Assembly (NCBI GenBank): GCA_031361905.1
Contig: JANLRV010000085.1
Location: 1 to 59,857 of the forward strand
Origin: Actinomycetes bacterium
GTDB lineage: Bacteria > Actinomycetota > Thermoleophilia > Gaiellales > JALYLC01
Direction of reading: 5' to 3'
DNA length: 59,857 nt
Within the stretch, counting starts at the first letter, position 1, and each line of letters begins with the position of its first letter. Below the pieces are notes generated by a model. It did no database searches. It saw nothing but the letters and a program-made list of their open reading frames with translations, and had not been told where the DNA came from. Below, in pieces: positions 56,434 through 59,857 of the stretch. Made by a program: the position numbers and the translations under genes.

Positions 56434-56875
56434 GGTCGAAGGGAGCAGATGGACGACGAGCAGACACCTGACGAGAGCCTGCCCGAGCTGCAGGCCATCG
56501 CGCGCGAGCTGGCCGCGCTCGGCGATGCCGACGTGCCGCGCGAGATCGCGGTGCGGCTGGATGCCCGCCTCAGCGCGGAGCGCGCGGCGACGCCGCTCGG
56601 CGTCACGCGCCGGAAGCGCCGGCGTACCCTGCGCGTCGCGTCGCTCGCCGCCGGGCTCGCGGCGGCGGCCGTGATCGGCATCGTGATCGTCTCACAGCTC
56701 TCGGGAAGCGACGGCTCCCCGGCTGCGACGACGCCCGCGGCGAGCGCGCTCGCGGAGAGCAGCGTTGCCGGAGACAGCGCGGCCGGCTCCACGCTCGCGA
56801 AGCAGGCCGTCCTCCCGAAGCCGTGCAGGAAGCCCAAGGCCAAGCCGCCCTGTCGCACGAAACGCTGCCGGATCG

Positions 56876-57903
<1,028 letters not shown>

Positions 57904-57907
<4 letters not shown>

Positions 57908-58485
57908 CGGCGCAGCTTCGCGAGCGCGGCGCGCACCCGCTCCTCGGCGTCGCCGGACGTGTCGTCGAGCGCCGCCTCGGCATCGCCGACGGCATAGCCG
58001 AGCGCGACGAGGGCATCGCGGGCCTCGAGCCGGTCACCGCCGACCCCACCGGTCGGGCGCGCCGAGGCGGTTGCCGGCAGCGCGCCGAGCTTGTCCTTCA
58101 GCTCGACGACGACGCGCTCGGCGATTCGCTTGCCGATGCCGGAGACCGACGTGAGCAGTGCGACGTCGCTCGAGGCGATGGCGAGGCGCACGCGATCGGC
58201 GGGATACGCCGAGAGCAGCACGAGCGCGGTCTTCGGGCCGAGCCCGGAGACCGAGAGCAGCAGCAGGAACAGCTCCCGCTCGTCGGCGTCAGCGAAGCCA
58301 TAGAGGGTCAGCGCATCCTCGCGGACCGCGAGATGGGTGTGCAGGAAGACGCCTTCCCGCGCGCCGAGCGCGGAACGCTCGGCGGCCGCGGTGACGTGCA
58401 CGCGCAGGCCGACCCCGCCGACCTCGACGATCACGCCCTCGGAGTCGGGCTCCCCGAGCAGCCGCCCGCGCACGCTCGCGATCAC
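57904..58485 (-). CDS. ruvA: Holliday junction DNA-binding protein RuvA
   Basis: [10 protein letters not shown]-terminus and HhH motifs ([28 protein letters not shown]). GTG 58485 overlaps the ruvC stop (GTGA). Confidence 0.9.
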
Positions 58486-58982
58486 CGCGTGGCTCCCGCG
58501 ATGCGCGCCCGAGCCCGCGCCGACCACGCATGACAGAGCGCGACGGCGAGCGCGTCGGCGGCGTGGTCCGTGGCCGGCTGCTCGCGCAACGCGAGCGTGA
58601 GGGTGATGACGCGCGTCATCTGGCGCTTGTCGGCGCGGCCGTTGCCGCAGACCGCCGACTTGATCTCGGCGGGCGCGTACTCGGCACTCGCGATCCCGCG
58701 CTGGCCGCACGAGGCGAGGATCACGCCGCGGGCCTGTCCGACGGAGAGGATCGCGCGGGGATTCGCGCCGATGAAGAGGCTCTCGAGCGCGACCGCGTCG
58801 GGCCGGTGCTCGTCGATCACCTCGTTGATCGCCTGCTGGATCTGCGCGAGCCGCGTCGCGACATCATCGGCGGGCACCGTCACGAGCGTCCCGTGAGCGA
58901 GCGCGCGGGCCTCACGCCCATCGCTTGCGATCACGCCGTAGCCCGTGTTCGCCGTGCCGGGGTCGATGCCGAGAACGATCAT
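58482..58982 (-). CDS. ruvC: Crossover junction endodeoxyribonuclease RuvC
   Basis: MIVLGIDPGTANTGYGVI and DHAADALAVALCH motifs; 166 aa from ATG 58982. Confidence 0.9.
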   Translation of the reverse strand: MIVLGIDPGTANTGYGVIASDGREARALAHGTLVTVPADDVATRLAQIQQAINEVIDEHRPDAVALESLFIGANPRAILSVGQARGVILASCGQRGIASAEYAPAEIKSAVCGNGRADKRQMTRVITLTLALREQPATDHAADALAVALCHAWSARARARIAGATR

Positions 58983-59030
58983 GCGATCAAGCGTAGGCGT
59001 CGAAGCGGACAGCGGATACGCTGCTCGGCG

Positions 59031-59714
59031 ATGGCAGAGCTTCCGGTCCGCGTCGTTGCGGCAATCGCGCGGCACCCGCGCTACCACCCCGACGTGATCG
59101 AGACGACGAGCGATCTGATCGGCTCGCTCGGAGGCGTCGAGACGTTCCTCTTGATAGGCGACGACGGCCACTGGACGCACGTCTGCGCCGAGATGCCGAG
59201 CTCGTTCACGCCGACCGGCTGGGTCGAGCGCCGCACGCTTCCGGGCGGTGACTGGCGCATCGGCGAGGCCGAGGGACAGCGCGCCGAGCAGCTGATCGCG
59301 CGCGCCGACGGCAGGCCGGCGTGGCTCGTCTCGATCGACGAGCTCCCGGTCGGTGAGAACGAGGCCGAGCCCGGTGGCGAGAGCTTCGGACTGACCACCT
59401 TGATCGCGCGGCGCGCGGGTCTGCGGCGCCTCGGCGTCAACCTCGACGTCGTTCCGACCGGGCGCCGATCGACGCGCTACCACTGGCACCGACACGAGGA
59501 GGAGTGCTTCCTCGTGCTCAGCGGGACGGGCTGGCTGCTCGTCGGCGACGAGCGCTACCGGGTCGGCCCGGGCGACTTCTTCGCGAAGCCCGAAGGGCCC
59601 AAACGGGCCCACCAGTTCGAGAACGACGGCGAGGTCGACCTGCGCCTGCTCTCGATCGGCGAGCGACGGGACGACGACGAGATCGTCGAGGCCGAGCCTC
59701 CCGCCGACGCCTGA
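59031..59714 (+). CDS. Cupin domain protein with an uncharacterised N-terminal half
   Basis: C-terminal cupin motifs YHWHRHEEECFLVLSGTG and PGDFF. ATG 59031, divergent from ruvC. Confidence 0.65.
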   Translation: MAELPVRVVAAIARHPRYHPDVIETTSDLIGSLGGVETFLLIGDDGHWTHVCAEMPSSFTPTGWVERRTLPGGDWRIGEAEGQRAEQLIARADGRPAWLVSIDELPVGENEAEPGGESFGLTTLIARRAGLRRLGVNLDVVPTGRRSTRYHWHRHEEECFLVLSGTGWLLVGDERYRVGPGDFFAKPEGPKRAHQFENDGEVDLRLLSIGERRDDDEIVEAEPPADA

Positions 59715-59777
59715 GCCGCTCGGGGTCGTGAGCCGTCGGGGCACCGCAATCGGTCCTGATCTTCAGGGAGTTCACGG

Positions 59778-59793
59778 TCACGATCGATCGTGA
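59778..59793. repeat. Perfect 16-bp palindrome TCACGATCGATCGTGA
   Basis: Self-complementary; in the terminal intergenic region downstream of the cupin gene. Confidence 0.85.
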
Positions 59794-59857
59794 GGGTGCG
59801 GCGGGGGTGCAGCGTTCGGCCGTTTCCCGGCATCGTGCCCGTGGGTTGCTTTCTGGG

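Overview
High-GC chromosomal segment (about 70% or more by eye, not computed). Gene order looks actinobacterial; a Thermoleophilia/Rubrobacteria-like source is only a guess. I call about 65 protein-coding genes, roughly 85% on the minus strand. They sit in long operons where neighbouring start and stop codons very often overlap (ATGA, GTGA, TGATG); I used these overlaps to trim the over-long six-frame ORFs. Content, left to right: (1) VOC gene, then rsmB-fmt-def-[orphan ectC-like]-priA-gpsA-der-cmk-aroA-tyrA, plus a divergent class II DAHP synthase. (2) An accessory block at 12.9-27.8 kb: a family-5 (peptide/nickel type) ABC transporter, a sugar-type ABC transporter, SDR, class III aminotransferase, FrlD-like kinase, FrlB-like deglycase, a divergent LacI regulator and an M20 hydrolase. 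An identical 14-bp operator-like motif occurs three times in this block. (3) A degenerate RluB paralogue, rluB, scpB, scpA, a TIM-barrel sugar isomerase and dnaE. (4) ispG-rseP-dxr-cdsA-uppS-frr-pyrH-tsf-rpsB. (5) rluD-lspA-yggT-proC, then an inserted amine module (PuuD-like, GS-like, NAT), then sepF-yggS-pgeF-M50-ridA-murA. (6) HD protein, queA, ECF sigma/anti-sigma, ruvB-ruvA-ruvC and a cupin protein. I saw no rRNA, tRNA, CRISPR array, integrase or transposase gene. Non-genic highlights: the window opens inside a palindrome of at least 281 bp that mirrors the VOC gene 5' end; a 35-nt hairpin repeat family has four copies; a 154-bp long hairpin flanked by perfect 15-bp direct repeats (MITE-like) lies between two convergent genes. 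All functional calls rest on motifs read from the supplied translations; no database search was possible.
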